Assembly (NCBI GenBank): GCA_951406725.2
Contig: OX597815.1
Location: forward strand, 68,076,001 to 68,140,000
Length of the DNA stretch: 64,000 nt
Source of the DNA: Octopus vulgaris
Lineage: Eukaryota
Direction: 5' to 3'
The position numbers and the translations under genes were made by a program. Under the pieces are notes generated by a model, which ran no database searches, had not been told where the DNA came from, and saw nothing but the letters and a program-made list of their open reading frames with translations. Shown here piece after piece: positions 13,611-25,186 of this stretch; within the stretch, counting starts at the first letter, position 1, and each line of letters opens with the position of its first letter.

Positions 13611-14429
13611 TATGAGAACAGAACCAAGGGATAAGCTACGCTTTCCAGGAATTACTGGGTATGTCAGCTAGTGCTTGCATGTATCAGACAAAGTTTATTA
13701 AAGCATATTTTCTATGGCTTTAATACAACAGGAACAAGGTAATATTTCCCCACTGCCAGATATATTTTCATAGAATACTGGAAATGACACTGCTTGTATG
13801 ACAGTGATACTCATTTACAGCCATCAAACGATATCAAGACAAGGGTACTAACATGTCCGATTCCATGACAGGGGTCAACAATATATGAGAACAGAACCAA
13901 GGGATAAGCTACGCTTTCCAGGAATTACTGGGTATGTCAGCTAGTGCTTGCATGTGTCAGACAAAGTTTATTAAAGCATATTTTCTATGGCTTTAATACA
14001 ACAGGAACAAGGTAATATTTCCCCACTGCCAGATATATTTTCATAGAATACTGGAAATGACACTGCTTGTATGACAGTGACACTCATTTACAGACATCAA
14101 ACGATATCAAGACAAGGGTACTAACATGTCTGATTCCATGACAGGGGTCAACAATATATGAGAACAGAACCAAGGGATAAGCTACGCTTTCCAGGAATTA
14201 CTGGGTATGTCAGCTAGTGCTTGCATGTGTCAGACAAAGTTTATTAAAGCATATTTTCTATGGCTTTAATACAACAGGAACAAGGTAATATTTCCCCACT
14301 GCCAGATATATTTTCATAGAATACTGGAAATGACACTGCTTGTATGACAGTGACACTCATTTACAGCCATCAAACGATATCAAGACAAGGGTACTAACAT
14401 GTCCGATTCCATGACAGGGGTCAACAATA
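13611..14429. repeat. Tandem triplication, 3 x 273 bp, near-identical units
   Basis: TATGAGAACAGAACCAAGGG recurs at 13611, 13884, 14157; only a few substitutions between units. Confidence 0.97.
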
Positions 14430-15699
14430 TAAGAAGTTCGCTGACCCCTGCACTAAACTGCATCTCTGGAAAGTTTTATTTAAAAAATATGCAATTTTAA
14501 GAAAATACTTAACAAGGGATAACCTGCAGTTAAAAAATTTTTAAAAGAACTTGTGAGCATCGGAAACTGACTTGTAATTTGGTTGTCATTTAATCTCCGG
14601 TCAGCTCTGATCGAAAGTATTTTAGGGTAGCGTAAACATCCCATCTTTTTGAAATGTGCAGGCAACACCAGGTCACATCTCCAGCATAACCTTATCTGAG
14701 TTGATAGAGTACAAAGAAAGAAATTTAGCTATTTATATCTTGCAGGTTCAGTAACAAAGTAGAAGAACCTTCATCAAGGTTATCATTCATTTTAATTATC
14801 CAGAAAATGAAAGAACAAAATTGTCATTTGCCAGTGGCTGAAACTCATAAATAAAATGAAGCTAATTTTTCTTGTCTCTCTCTTAAACTGTAAGTCTCGA
14901 AAGCGGAACTTTTCAGGTGAGAAATGCCTCTGAGAATCATAGGAGAGGACATAATTATAATTAACATTGATGATCTAATTAAAAGGAATTACTTCCTAAG
15001 GGATATTGTGATAGATACCTTTAAGTTTCTTGCATCGTTAGGATTAATTAATATTTCAGCAGTGTGCTGTGATGAGCCAATGCCTTTAGTGAATCGCCAG
15101 ACATTTAGAAAGAGCTACTATATAGTCAAGCCTAATAAAAGCAATACACAAAAGTTGTTCTTCACTGGCTCTCTTTGTAAGGCTTATGTATTTGATGGAG
15201 TGGCATCGACAGAGATGTTTGGAACCTCTTTCAGAGGTCTTGAAGGGGTCATTTTGCCAGTAAGAAATACACAGACAGGTTCTATTCCATTTCTTCACCA
15301 TTAGTTTGCTAATCGATTGATTAATTGTTCTGTCATTCAATCAATCAGTTGCTCTGTCAGAATCTTTTCATTACTCTCCACAAACGACTTCATCAATGTC
15401 CAAAGTCTGCATTGTCTCCAAATCAGCTCGATCCAAGCAATTGATTAATTAATAGGTTAACTCGTTGACTAATAACTGTATTCAAATTAAGGACAAAACC
15501 AACAATTTTGAAAATAGGGAGTTAGTCAATACAACTGACCACAGTGCTTGGCTAGTACTTTATTGTAATGATCCTGGAGGAATGAAAGGCAATGTTAACT
15601 TCAGCGGGATTTGAACTCGGATAGCGCAATACCATATGGCAATTTTTCTGAAGCTCTAGTGATTCTACAGTGAGTGTGACCCTCCCATGACAGTGGTTT

Positions 15700-18300
15700 C
15701 AATATGTTTTCAACGAAATAGTTCACTTTCATTTTATTATTGTCGAAAATGAAAGATTGCTCTCATAAAATCCTGTTACGTATTTCCAAGTCGGCTCTAA
15801 GCGACAAGACAAAATGGTCAAAACGCTTTAGAAACGAAACAGTGCTTTTATATTTATAGGCTTTCCTATAAAATAAAGTTGGAAATTACCTAGGGCACTA
15901 AATACCAAAACTTCTTTGGATGTGTAAGTTTTAAGCATGAGAGGAATTGTGGCTGCGAAATTTTGTCCGATTATTAATTATTGCGTCATTCCGTTTTTTG
16001 TTGTTTTCTTTTTTTTTTTAAACAGGAGAGTGCGAGTCGAAGGAGATTTGGCTGCTACATTTAGTACGTTGAGACGACTACACACGGTCCCGCGTTGGTT
16101 CGACGGATAGTTGTTTGAATCGTGCCACTTGGAGGTAAAGAAAGCGTACACCACTAGTTTTTGGCGTAACCCTAAACCTAACTGGCGAAAACGAGTGGTG
16201 TGCGTGTTCTTTGCCTTGGCCGAAGCCCTCAGGGGAAAAGAAGGGTACAAAAGAGGGAGGGATACAATGTAAAATGAAATTTTCGGTAAAAAATTATTTT
16301 CTGATTCGTAATTTCCGTGGTATCTATACAAGAATATTTAGGGGTGAGGAACCTTTCCTTTCTCATGAGGTATGGGACTTCAAAGGATAGTTATTCCAAA
16401 ACTCCGTCCTAGATTTTTGACATGATGTTCGATGCTAGAAATAGCAGTCAAATCGGAATTCTTTCTGAAGTTGATCGGGCCAAATTTCATTCTTGTTTTC
16501 ACTTATAATTTAATCCTTCTTTCATACGTTATAATAACACAAAAGTTTCCTTTCACAAGTCTCAAGTTACCATGATGGTTGACAAAAAAACATGTATCAT
16601 ATGATCGGTGCATGGATGCCAAGAAAATATGTCCTGCGAGTCACATATGGTACACAGAACAAGTAAAAGATACATTGGATTGAAAAGATAGGATGGTCAC
16701 GCTCGGAAACAAACTGATCATTAGAGGTCTGCTTAACCAGAATTAACCTGGGGCCAAACACAGAAGGCGAACACGAGGTAACCTTTTAAATCGCCGAAAC
16801 TACAAACTTTCTTCTGCCTAACCCACCTATGAACAGACTCTAGTTATTGGTTTCTCCGAGTGAAAATTCATTCAAAACATTTCATAGTGGACGATATTAC
16901 AACGCCTCAACTGTGAAATTTAATAAATTGTACCAAGTTGACTTAGTAATTGAAAACGTAAAAGAAAATATTAACAAAAAATTTGGTTGATTGAATCGGC
17001 CATACATACATACACACACACATACATACACACACACATACTTACACACACACACACACACATAGATACATACACACACACACATGCAGACATACATATA
17101 CACATACACCGAGTAAAAAATTACGATGAATCGGCCATACATACATACATACACACACACATACTTACACACACACATACATGCAGACATACATATACAC
17201 ATACACCGAGTAAAAAATCAGTTATCTCTCTCTTTCACACACACTAACAGAAGCACTTCACTTACACAACATACTGTCTGTCTCCCACACCCCATCAAAC
17301 ACACACAGGCCGACTTCAAAGTGAAACCTTCTCGTCGTAAAATCGCTTCCTCTTAGTCTCTTTCGCTCTCATTACTTATGTAAAAAAAATAAAAGTTTTT
17401 TACGGAAATCGACGGAAATCTGATCTACGACATGCGAAACTTCGCCATATAGGCATCCATATATATATAAACGATTTATATAATTATAATTGGTTTCCTA
17501 TATTCATTGATCGTAAAATTTGTGTAAATATATCGTATACAAAAAGTCTTAATCATCTAGAGTTAAGGGAAATGACACGTACTGCGACATCAAAGTGTTA
17601 ATTTTTGCTGGGAAATTAATAAAATCTGAAAAGCAATAATTAATTTATATTTAAAAAAGAAACTATATACTCCCTTTAAAAAGTCAATTAGTATTTTAAC
17701 ATACATCAAGTTTCTAACGAAAAAAGTGTTACAAGTATTTGAGGAAACTTACGTACGTTGAAGGCGACAGCGAAAAGTGAAATGCCCGCAATTTTGTTTT
17801 GTTTAAATATTTGAGCGCGAATTATGGGTAATATATAAAATCCGGAATGGACATCATCAAAGTCTTTTCAAAGAAACTTTGTACACTGATGTTAACTTAA
17901 TCAACTAAATGACTCGTTTATTTTTATTTATTTATTTATTTATTCCTATAAGATAAGCTATATATGATATTTAAAAAACAAATATTTATTGTAAAACGAT
18001 AAAAAAAAATGGGTAGTCGTTTTAATAAGAAAATCCATTGAGTTCATTCCGTGAAAGCCAACTTTTCTAAGCTAGCCCGTCATAGTTCACAGTATACTTC
18101 AAGTATATAATGTAACGTGCAGAAAACGAAGATCAATTAAGATGGCACTAGTTTTAGCAAAGGCATTTTAACCTCGGTATATTATTCTGAGTTTAAATTC
18201 CGCCGAGGTCGGCTTTGCCTTTCATCTTTTCGGGGTCGATGTAATCAACTAACTTCGTAACGCGAAACTGCTGGCCTTGCGCCAAAATTTGAAATAACCA
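15700..18300. promoter_or_regulatory. CpG-retaining region, probable promoter/first exon of the minus-strand gene
   Basis: CG dinucleotides visibly frequent here versus strongly depleted flanks (judged by eye); minus-strand donor AC|GTAAGT at 17752-17747; TATATAAAA at ~17832; E2F-like GCGCGAA at ~17815. Confidence 0.5.
16993..17218. repeat. Tandem duplication of a (CA/TACA)-microsatellite-containing unit
   Basis: GAATCGGCCATAC...CACCGAGTAAAAAAT present twice (16993, 17128). Confidence 0.85.
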
Positions 18301-18402
18301 TCATTATTATTATAATTATAAGTACTGAAGTTTCGATGTAATCGACTTGCCCCTCCTCTAAATTGCTGACATTGTGCCAAAATCTGAAGCTATTTTAATT
18401 AT

Positions 18403-19106
18403 TTGGTAGTTTTTAGTTATCTCACCCCCATTAAAAAATTGAGTTATCTCTCCACTAAAAAGTTGAGTTTATGTGGGGACAAGAGATTGGATTAGAGTGG
18501 TTTAGATCAGAGGTTCCCAAACTTCTCATAGCCACATAATACCCACAGTGCTCCCACCCCTATTTTTATGTTTAAATAAATATTTAATATTTTACTAATT
18601 TTTACGTACTATGAATCATTTGACATTTAATATAATATTATATAATTTGTATACAATACTATAATAATATTATAATAAATTCATAGCGTCCCCCAATCCA
18701 CTACCTTCCTCCCAACGCATCCTTTTTCCCTACCACCCCCTAGACACCAGCACCCACCTGGACTGTCTCAACTCCGACCGGAGGGCGGTAGCGCCCACTT
18801 TGAGAATCTATGGTTTAGATCCTCTTGATTCAATACTTCAACACATTGTTGACATTTGGCCTCCTCAATAGGCATGCCATGATTTGTTATAAAAATGTTA
18901 TTAGATTCAATGAGATGTTTTAAACTTTTCAGTTTTCCTTTTTATTTTATTCTGTTTTCGTGTTTATTAATTTTTTCCTTTGTTTTATTGAGGGTTAAAC
19001 AATTTTTTTTAGTTGGGGGAGATAACAAAAAGTGCTGATATTTTTCATAAAACGGGGGGAGATAACCCAACTTTTTAATGGGTGTGAGATAACCAAAAAG
19101 TACCAA
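18403..19106. mobile_element. Non-autonomous DNA transposon with ~55-bp TIRs (superfamily uncertain)
   Basis: TTGGTAGTTTTTAGTTATCTCACCCCCATTAAAAAATTGAGTTATCTC / GAGATAACCCAACTTTTTAATGGGTGTGAGATAACCAAAAAGTACCAA. Confidence 0.75.
18508..18812. mobile_element. hAT (Charlie-like) MITE nested in the previous element
   Basis: CAGAGGTTCCCAAAC ... CACTTTGAGAATCTATG termini; exact 8-bp TSD GTTTAGAT (18500-18507, 18813-18820). Confidence 0.85.
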
Positions 19107-19195
19107 TTATTCTTATGCCTAAGGCAGATAACAGATAAAATTGTTAGAAAGCCAGGCAAACGGCTTAGCAGCATTTCATCTGTCTTTAAAATATG

Positions 19196-19356
19196 GCGCA
19201 GGAGTGGCTGTGTGGTAAGTAGCTTGCTTACCAACCACATGGTTCCGGGTTCAGTCCCACTGCGTAGCATCTTGGGCAAGTGTCTTCTACTATAGCCTCC
19301 GGCCAACCAAACACTTGTGAGTGAATTTGGTTGACGGAAACTGAAAGAAGCCCGTC

Positions 19357-19402
<46 letters not shown>

Positions 19403-19615
19403 ATGTTTATGTGTCTGTGTTTGTCCCCCTAGCATTGTTTGACAACCGATGCTGGTGTGTTTATGTCGCCGTCACTTAGCGGTTCAGCAAAAGAGACCAA
19501 TAGAATAAGTACTGGGCTTACAAAGAATAAGTCCCGGGGTCAAGTTGCTTGATTAAAGACGGTGCTCCAGCATGGCCGCAGTCAAATGACTGAAACAAGT
19601 AAAAGAGTAAAGAGT
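19196..19615 (+). mobile_element. Full-length tRNA-derived SINE with internal (TA)n(TG)n; many further copies in the window
   Basis: A box TGGCTGTGTGGTAAG, B box GGTTCAGTCCC, CCTTGGGCAAGT-like core, 3' GTAAAAGAGTAA tail; reverse copies at e.g. ~47540-47965 and ~43050-43470. Confidence 0.85.
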
Positions 19616-19811
19616 TCAAATTTCACCCATGTCGACTTTGCTTTCCATCCTTTTGGGGACAATAAAATAAGTACCAGCAGTTCATTGGGTCGATAAGATT
19701 AGTAACAGTTAACCACAAGGCTTGATCACGTTGAGTAGCACCTTTTCCCAAAATATCAGGCCATATGCATATAGTAGAAATTATTATTATTATTATTATT
19801 ATTATAAGTTG

Positions 19812-20045
19812 AAATGGCAGAATCGTTAGCACACTGGATGAAATGCTTACCGGTATTTCACCAGCTGCTATGTTCTGAGTTCAAATTCCACCAAGGTTGA
19901 CTTCGCCTTTCATCGTTTCGGGGTCAACAAATTAAGTATTAGTCAAGTACTGGGGTCAATGTCATCGACTTACCCTCTCCCCACAAATTTTACGCCTTGT
20001 GCTTATCATAGAAAGGATTATTATTATTATTATTATTATTATTAT
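19812..20045 (+). mobile_element. SINE with Deu/Nin-domain-like core and (ATT)n tail; abundant family
   Basis: GGCAGAATCGTTAGC head, GAGTTCAAATTCC B box, GACTTCGCCTTTCATCGTTTCGGGGTC core. Confidence 0.7.
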
Positions 20046-20211
20046 GCTTCTGAAAATGGAGAGACTTTTGGATCTTCAGATGTTTGAACATCAGATTCAG
20101 AATCTACAAACAATTTTATAAGCTAAAAATTGATAATGGGTAGAGGATTTACACCTGTTGTACTTTTTTTATGTAAAAATATTTCATTGGTTAATAGTTA
20201 TCGCCAAGCTA

Positions 20212-20490
20212 ATATAGCAGTCCAGAAAGATAGGACAAATGCTGCTGTTGATTAGCTCCAAGAGGCCATCGCCTCTGGCAAGCTATGTGACACACAAGCC
20301 TGTGTCCATTACAACCTTTGAACTGGGGAGGTCAGCCGCTTTCCCAGGCTGGTCAGGCATCTGCAGACTAGTTTCAAGGTATTTGCCCCTTATCAATGCA
20401 GAGCAGGCGTCGCTACTGACCATCTGTTCGAAGGATTATTTACCTAAATTCAGTGGAATACATCCACTGGTTTTCAAAAATAGAAATATT
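20212..20490 (-). mobile_element. GC-richer repeat carrying a minimal hammerhead (probable Penelope-like pLTR remnant)
   Basis: Composition contrast with flanks plus the embedded hammerhead fold; boundaries approximate. Confidence 0.5.
20361..20401 (-). ncRNA. Minimal type I hammerhead ribozyme, U3-A8 variant
   Basis: CTGCA-TTGATAA-GGGG-CAAATA-CCTT-GAAAC-TA-GTC-TGCAG: 5-bp stem I, stem II, GAAA, palindromic ACTAGT stem III, GUC cleavage triplet. Confidence 0.75.
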
Positions 20491-20667
20491 ATTATTTCTA
20501 TATCATTGGTATTTGCAGTTAGTAGATGGGTAAGTTGTTGGCCTGCTGAGCTCACATAAAATAGAGGTTTTTGATTCCTCAAGCAAAGCACATTATTTTA
20601 CATCGTTCCAGTCTACTTTTATTCTGTAGAGTAATCCAAGGATGAAATGTAAAGTTGACCCTGACGG

Positions 20668-20810
20668 AATTTGAACTCAGAATGTAAAGTTTTGTATGTA
20701 AGTCTTGTATTTTATATGTATTTTGTATGTAAATTTGAACTCAGAATGTAAAGTTTTGTATGTAAGTCTTGTATTTTATATGTATTTTGTATGTAAAGTC
20801 TTGTATTTTA
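20668..20810. repeat. Local 64-bp tandem duplication
   Basis: ATTTGAACTCAGAATGTAAAGTTTTGTATGTAAGTCTTGTATTTTATATG repeated twice. Confidence 0.85.
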
Positions 20811-21216
20811 CAGATGTTTACCCCCACAGAAACCAAAATAAGCTCCAGGCTAAATGGACCTTGAGACATTAGAGAAGGCTCATGACCTAGTGGTTTGGGA
20901 TGCTGTGTTCATAATTTTGAGATTGGGGAGTCAATTCTTGGAGCAGGTAGTGTGTTGTTTCTTTGAGCAAGGTGCTTTACTTTATGTTGTTCCAGTCTGC
21001 TCACTTGAAAATGAGTATCAGCAACATGCAGGATTTAATCCAGTGAGAAAGTAACAATGTCTCAGGTGGGGAGAGTTTTGCATCATGCATCTCAAAAAAC
21101 CAGATACACTCCATTTTCATGTACCTGTAGGCTTGAGGTAGACTTATCCTTACCTCAATGGAAATCTGGTCTTTAAAACACATGCACACACATATATGTG
21201 TGTGTGTGTATGTGTG

Positions 21217-21508
21217 CAGTGGTGGATTGGCCAGGTTGCCAGCTTGCTCGATGGCAAGTGGGCCCCTGCGCCATTAGAATTCATATACAGAGGCTCATGT
21301 TAATATCTAAGGGGCCCATCCCCTCTAACTTGAGAACTTTTTATTCACTCCTGGAAGAATACATTAATTATTTAGGTGCTTGGCTGTGTTTGTAGACAGT
21401 TGAAAAGAGTACTTTTATCAAAAAAAAAATTAAATGATAGCATTGTAGTTGCATGTGGGCCCCCTTAGTCTCCTGGCAACCAATATTTTTAGACCCAGTT
21501 CGCCACTG
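21217..21508. mobile_element. hAT-like MITE
   Basis: CAGTGGTGGA ... TTCGCCACTG termini, 8-bp TSD TATGTGTG/TATGTGCG. Confidence 0.8.
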
Positions 21509-21773
21509 TATGTGCGTATGTATATATATATATACATATATATATATTCTTTTATTTGTTTCAGTCATTTGACTGCAGCCATGCTGGAGCACTGCCTTTA
21601 GTCAAGCAAATTGACCCCAGGACTTATTCTTTGTAAACCTAGCTCTTATTCTATCAGTCTCTTCTGCTGAATCACTAAGCTACAGGGATGTAAACACACC
21701 AACATCATTTGTCAAGCAATGTTGGGAGGGACAAACACACACACATACATACATACATACATACATACATACA

Positions 21774-21809
<36 letters not shown>

Positions 21810-22416
21810 TATATAATAATATTAGGGAATAAATTATTATTCCAACCTTACAGGTAAGATTCACTATAATAATATTAGACCGAATTTCGTTATATATAAT
21901 ATATAATATATGTATATAACTAATTTAGAGACGAACCACCATTTCACAACTCAGTCAATGAAGAACCCGTCCAAAACCATGCTGTGAAACATATAACATA
22001 CAAAATACTAATCTAAAATTTAAATAATATATAATATTGAACAGTAAGATTATTACAATGATATAATATATAAGAGCAAATACTTGTAAAATCACAGCGA
22101 ATAACATATGAAGAAACATCCATCATAAAAATATTAATCTAAAATCAAATAAAGTATATTTTGTACAATAAAAATGAATGCAATAATATAATGTATAAAA
22201 GTAAGTACTTGTACATTGACTACATGCATTTCATGGCTGAATTATGACTATATAAAATCATACAGCTATGCACCAGTGATGTCGCAACTCATTTCTACAG
22301 AATAGTGAACTGGAGCAATATGAAATAAAGTGTCTTGCTCAAGAACACAACACATAGCTAGCCCATGCCAGCATGGAAAATAGATGTTAATGATAATGAT
22401 GATGATGATGATGATG

Positions 22417-22470
<54 letters not shown>

Positions 22471-22474
22471 GTGT

Positions 22475-22815
22475 GAAGGCGCATGGCTCAGTGGTTAGAG
22501 CGTCGAGCTTACGATCGTGAGGTTGTGAGCTCGAATCCCAGACCGGGCTGCGTGTTGTGTTCTTGAGCAAGGCACTTTATTTCACGTTGCTCCAGTTCAC
22601 TCAGCTGTAGAAATGAGTTGCGACGTCACTGGTGCCAAGCTGTATCGACCTTTGTCTTTCCCTTGGATAACACTGGTGTCGTGGAGAGGGGAGGCCGGTA
22701 TGCATGGGCGACTGCTGGTCTTCCATAAACAACCTTGCCCAGACTTGTGTCTAGGAGGGTAACTTTCTAGGTGCAATCCCATGGTCATTCATGACCGAAG
22801 GGGGTCTTTACCCTT

Positions 22816-22817
<2 letters not shown>
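22475..22817 (+). mobile_element. Young full-length tRNA-derived SINE (third family; reverse copies ~44905-45235, ~49055-49397)
   Basis: TGGCTCAGTGGTTAGAGC A box, GCTCGAATCCC B box, CpGs retained. Confidence 0.85.
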
Positions 22818-22868
<51 letters not shown>

Positions 22869-22869
<1 letters not shown>

Positions 22870-23518
22870 TAAAATTAAGGATAAAATCTTTATAAGAAAT
22901 TATCAGTAGTTAGCGTGAAAAACCTCATAAGAGAAAAAATCCGTAAATTTTTCCACTTTGAAAATATTTATTTATATTATATAGAGGGTACTATTATTCA
23001 TAGGTACCCTCTATATAATATAAATAAATATTTTCAAAGTGGAAAAATTTACAGATTTTTTCTCTTACGAGGTTTTTCACGCTAACTACTGATAATTTCT
23101 TATAAAGATTTTATCCTTAATTTTAAATTTATATTTTTCACCGGAATAGTTCAATACTGAATTTTTGTTCCGACTAGGCAATTTGTTACCGAAATGCATT
23201 GCGAATAAGCCCGCCATTTTCATAGATATGTAAAGATAAACATTCGTACATGCTGCGGCAAATTCTACGGTTGGCTGTCGGGTTTGTAATGTTGTGTTTT
23301 TTCTTATATGTCTTGAGTTTGTTGCACTGATGAGCATAGAATGCATATTCTGCATTGATTGCAAAATCACAGGTGATATGTAACTAAATTCTGCTTTTAA
23401 ATTACTTGCTTTGAAGTTTTGCATTCGGTACAATTTGTTTATTTTAGTAGTTTTGACTGCAAGAGTCCCTCCTAGCGTGCGGTACCTATGAATAATAGTA
23501 CCCTCTATATAATATATA
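22869..23518. mobile_element. Penelope-like non-autonomous element: inverted arm plus direct terminal repeat
   Basis: Near-perfect ~120-bp inverted arms (22869-22991 vs 23004-23126); loop sequence reappears reverse-complemented at 23481-23516. Confidence 0.7.
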
Positions 23519-23542
23519 TATATATGTATGTATATATATATT

Positions 23543-23882
23543 ATGGAGATGTACGTGCATAACAAGTGACCTGATCTAAGATCTTGTGCTGAAACAAAAA
23601 CAATTGCAGCATGGAAGGTGTTTATAAGCCATTTAAAAACACACAAAAGCTGTTAGATTCATTTTGACATTTAAATTTAATTTTTCGAAATGCTTTCATT
23701 GTTTTGAAACCACGACCTGTACACTGACAAAATTCCATAATGCAGCATAGTATTTTTCAGTGAACAGGTCGCAGTTTCAAAGTGGCAAAAATTTTTCAAC
23801 AAATTGAATTTAAATGTTGAAATGAATCTAACGGTTTTGTGTACTTTTAAATAGCTTATAAACACCTTCTATGCTGGAATTG

Positions 23883-23883
<1 letters not shown>
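23543..23883. mobile_element. Fold-back family A, copy 2 (opposite orientation)
   Basis: Homologous to 1817-2155; left arm retains GAAA in the hammerhead-like fold. Confidence 0.8.
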
Positions 23884-23941
<58 letters not shown>

Positions 23942-23968
23942 TTATATATGTATGTATATATATATATA

Positions 23969-24381
23969 TCGTTACCAGCGTCGCCTTACTGGCACTCGAG
24001 CCCCGTGCTAGTAGGGTATTAAGAGCACCATCCGAGCGTGATCATTGCCAGAGCGGCTATCTGGCCTCCGTACCGGTGGCACGTAAAAGACACTATTTGA
24101 GCATGATCGTTACCAGCATCACCTTACTGGCACCTGTGCTGGTGGCATGTGTAAAAGATTCGAGTGAGGTCGTTGCCAGTACCACCTGACTGGCCCCGTG
24201 CCAGTGGCACGTAAAAACACCCACTACACTCTCGGAGTGGTTGGCGTTAGGAAGGGCATCCAGCTGTAGAAACTCTGCCAGATCAAGATTGAAGCCTGGT
24301 GCAGCCATCTGGTTCGCCAGCCCTCAGTCATTTGTCCAACCCATGCTAGCATGGAAAGCGGACGTTAAATGATGATGATGA

Positions 24382-24385
<4 letters not shown>
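23969..24385 (+). mobile_element. Retroposon-type repeat with tandem subrepeats and (GAT)n tail
   Basis: GAGTGGTTGGCGTTAGGAAGGGCATCCAGCTGTAGAAAC ... CCATGCTAGCATGGAAAGCGGACGTTAAA(TGA)n, many copies in window. Confidence 0.75.
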
Positions 24386-24425
<40 letters not shown>

Positions 24426-24867
24426 ATATATATATGCATGTATGTATTGTTGTATAAAATATGTTAATAATAAGTATTTCAGACATGTGCTATACTAAGT
24501 GACATGTTTTCATACCATAAATAATATTAATGAACAAAAAAAACCCACCTCTTTCTACTTCAGCAGAAATAGTTGCAGTTGTATTCATTAATTGTTTTAA
24601 TTTCCTAATTGTTCCTCAAGCAGGAAGATCTTTCAGATGAATGCTATTGTCTACATAGTTGTAGTCGTGATTATCATTTATTTGAATAAAAACAATGTTA
24701 CTCATCATATGATGAGTAACTTTGGAACTATACTTTTGCCACCTTCAGCACTATGGCATACATACAATAATTATAACAAAGTTTTTATTAAATTTCTTGC
24801 TGCTTCCACAAAATGATGAAATAAATACTAATTTTCAAATAAAAAATATTTATTACCACAAAACAAA

Positions 24868-25186
24868 ATTAAAAAGAATACTCAGAGAACACGAACCTCT
24901 GCCAAGGCAACATGAACGTCCTCTCAATGATTAACTGGAGATGATTTTTAAAATGAGAATATCTGAAATAAATTTGACTGCTCTCACAAATGAGAATACT
25001 AAAAATGAACCCAACTGCTCTCAAAAATTAAGTAAAAAAAACGGAAAAATAATCCAGAATCCTTGACCAGTACCAGATTGATCCCAAAATCTCATCCATC
25101 CAGCAGTTCTTTAGATATCTTGTCCACGGCAAACAAACAAACATGACTGAAAACGATACTGCCACCTTCGCTAATGCGGAAGTAAT
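24868..25186. mobile_element. Helentron-associated (DINE-1/HINE-like) non-autonomous element
   Basis: ACTCAGAG..AACCTCTGCCAAGGC start, (AAAC)n microsatellite, terminal GCGGAAGTAATAA inverted to ACCTCTGC. Confidence 0.55.

Noticed and set aside
13611-14429. CRISPR-like array
   Set aside because: Whole units are near-identical with no unique spacers; eukaryotic context
16026-16134. Plus-strand exon after a poly-T..CAG acceptor
   Set aside because: Body contains GGAGATTTGGCTGCTA, a dispersed repeat also seen reversed near 9620 and 16435; weak donor
22475-22550. tRNA gene
   Set aside because: A/B boxes continue into a multi-copy SINE body; no closed acceptor stem or poly-T terminator
23040-23060. 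GAAA-AATT-TA-C(A/G)GATT as the 3' half of a hammerhead in the 22.9-kb element
   Set aside because: The candidate 5' half near 23463-23480 has no recognisable catalytic core
23086-23646. 186-aa ORF
   Set aside because: Spans two different repeats and a (TA)n tract; chimeric chance ORF
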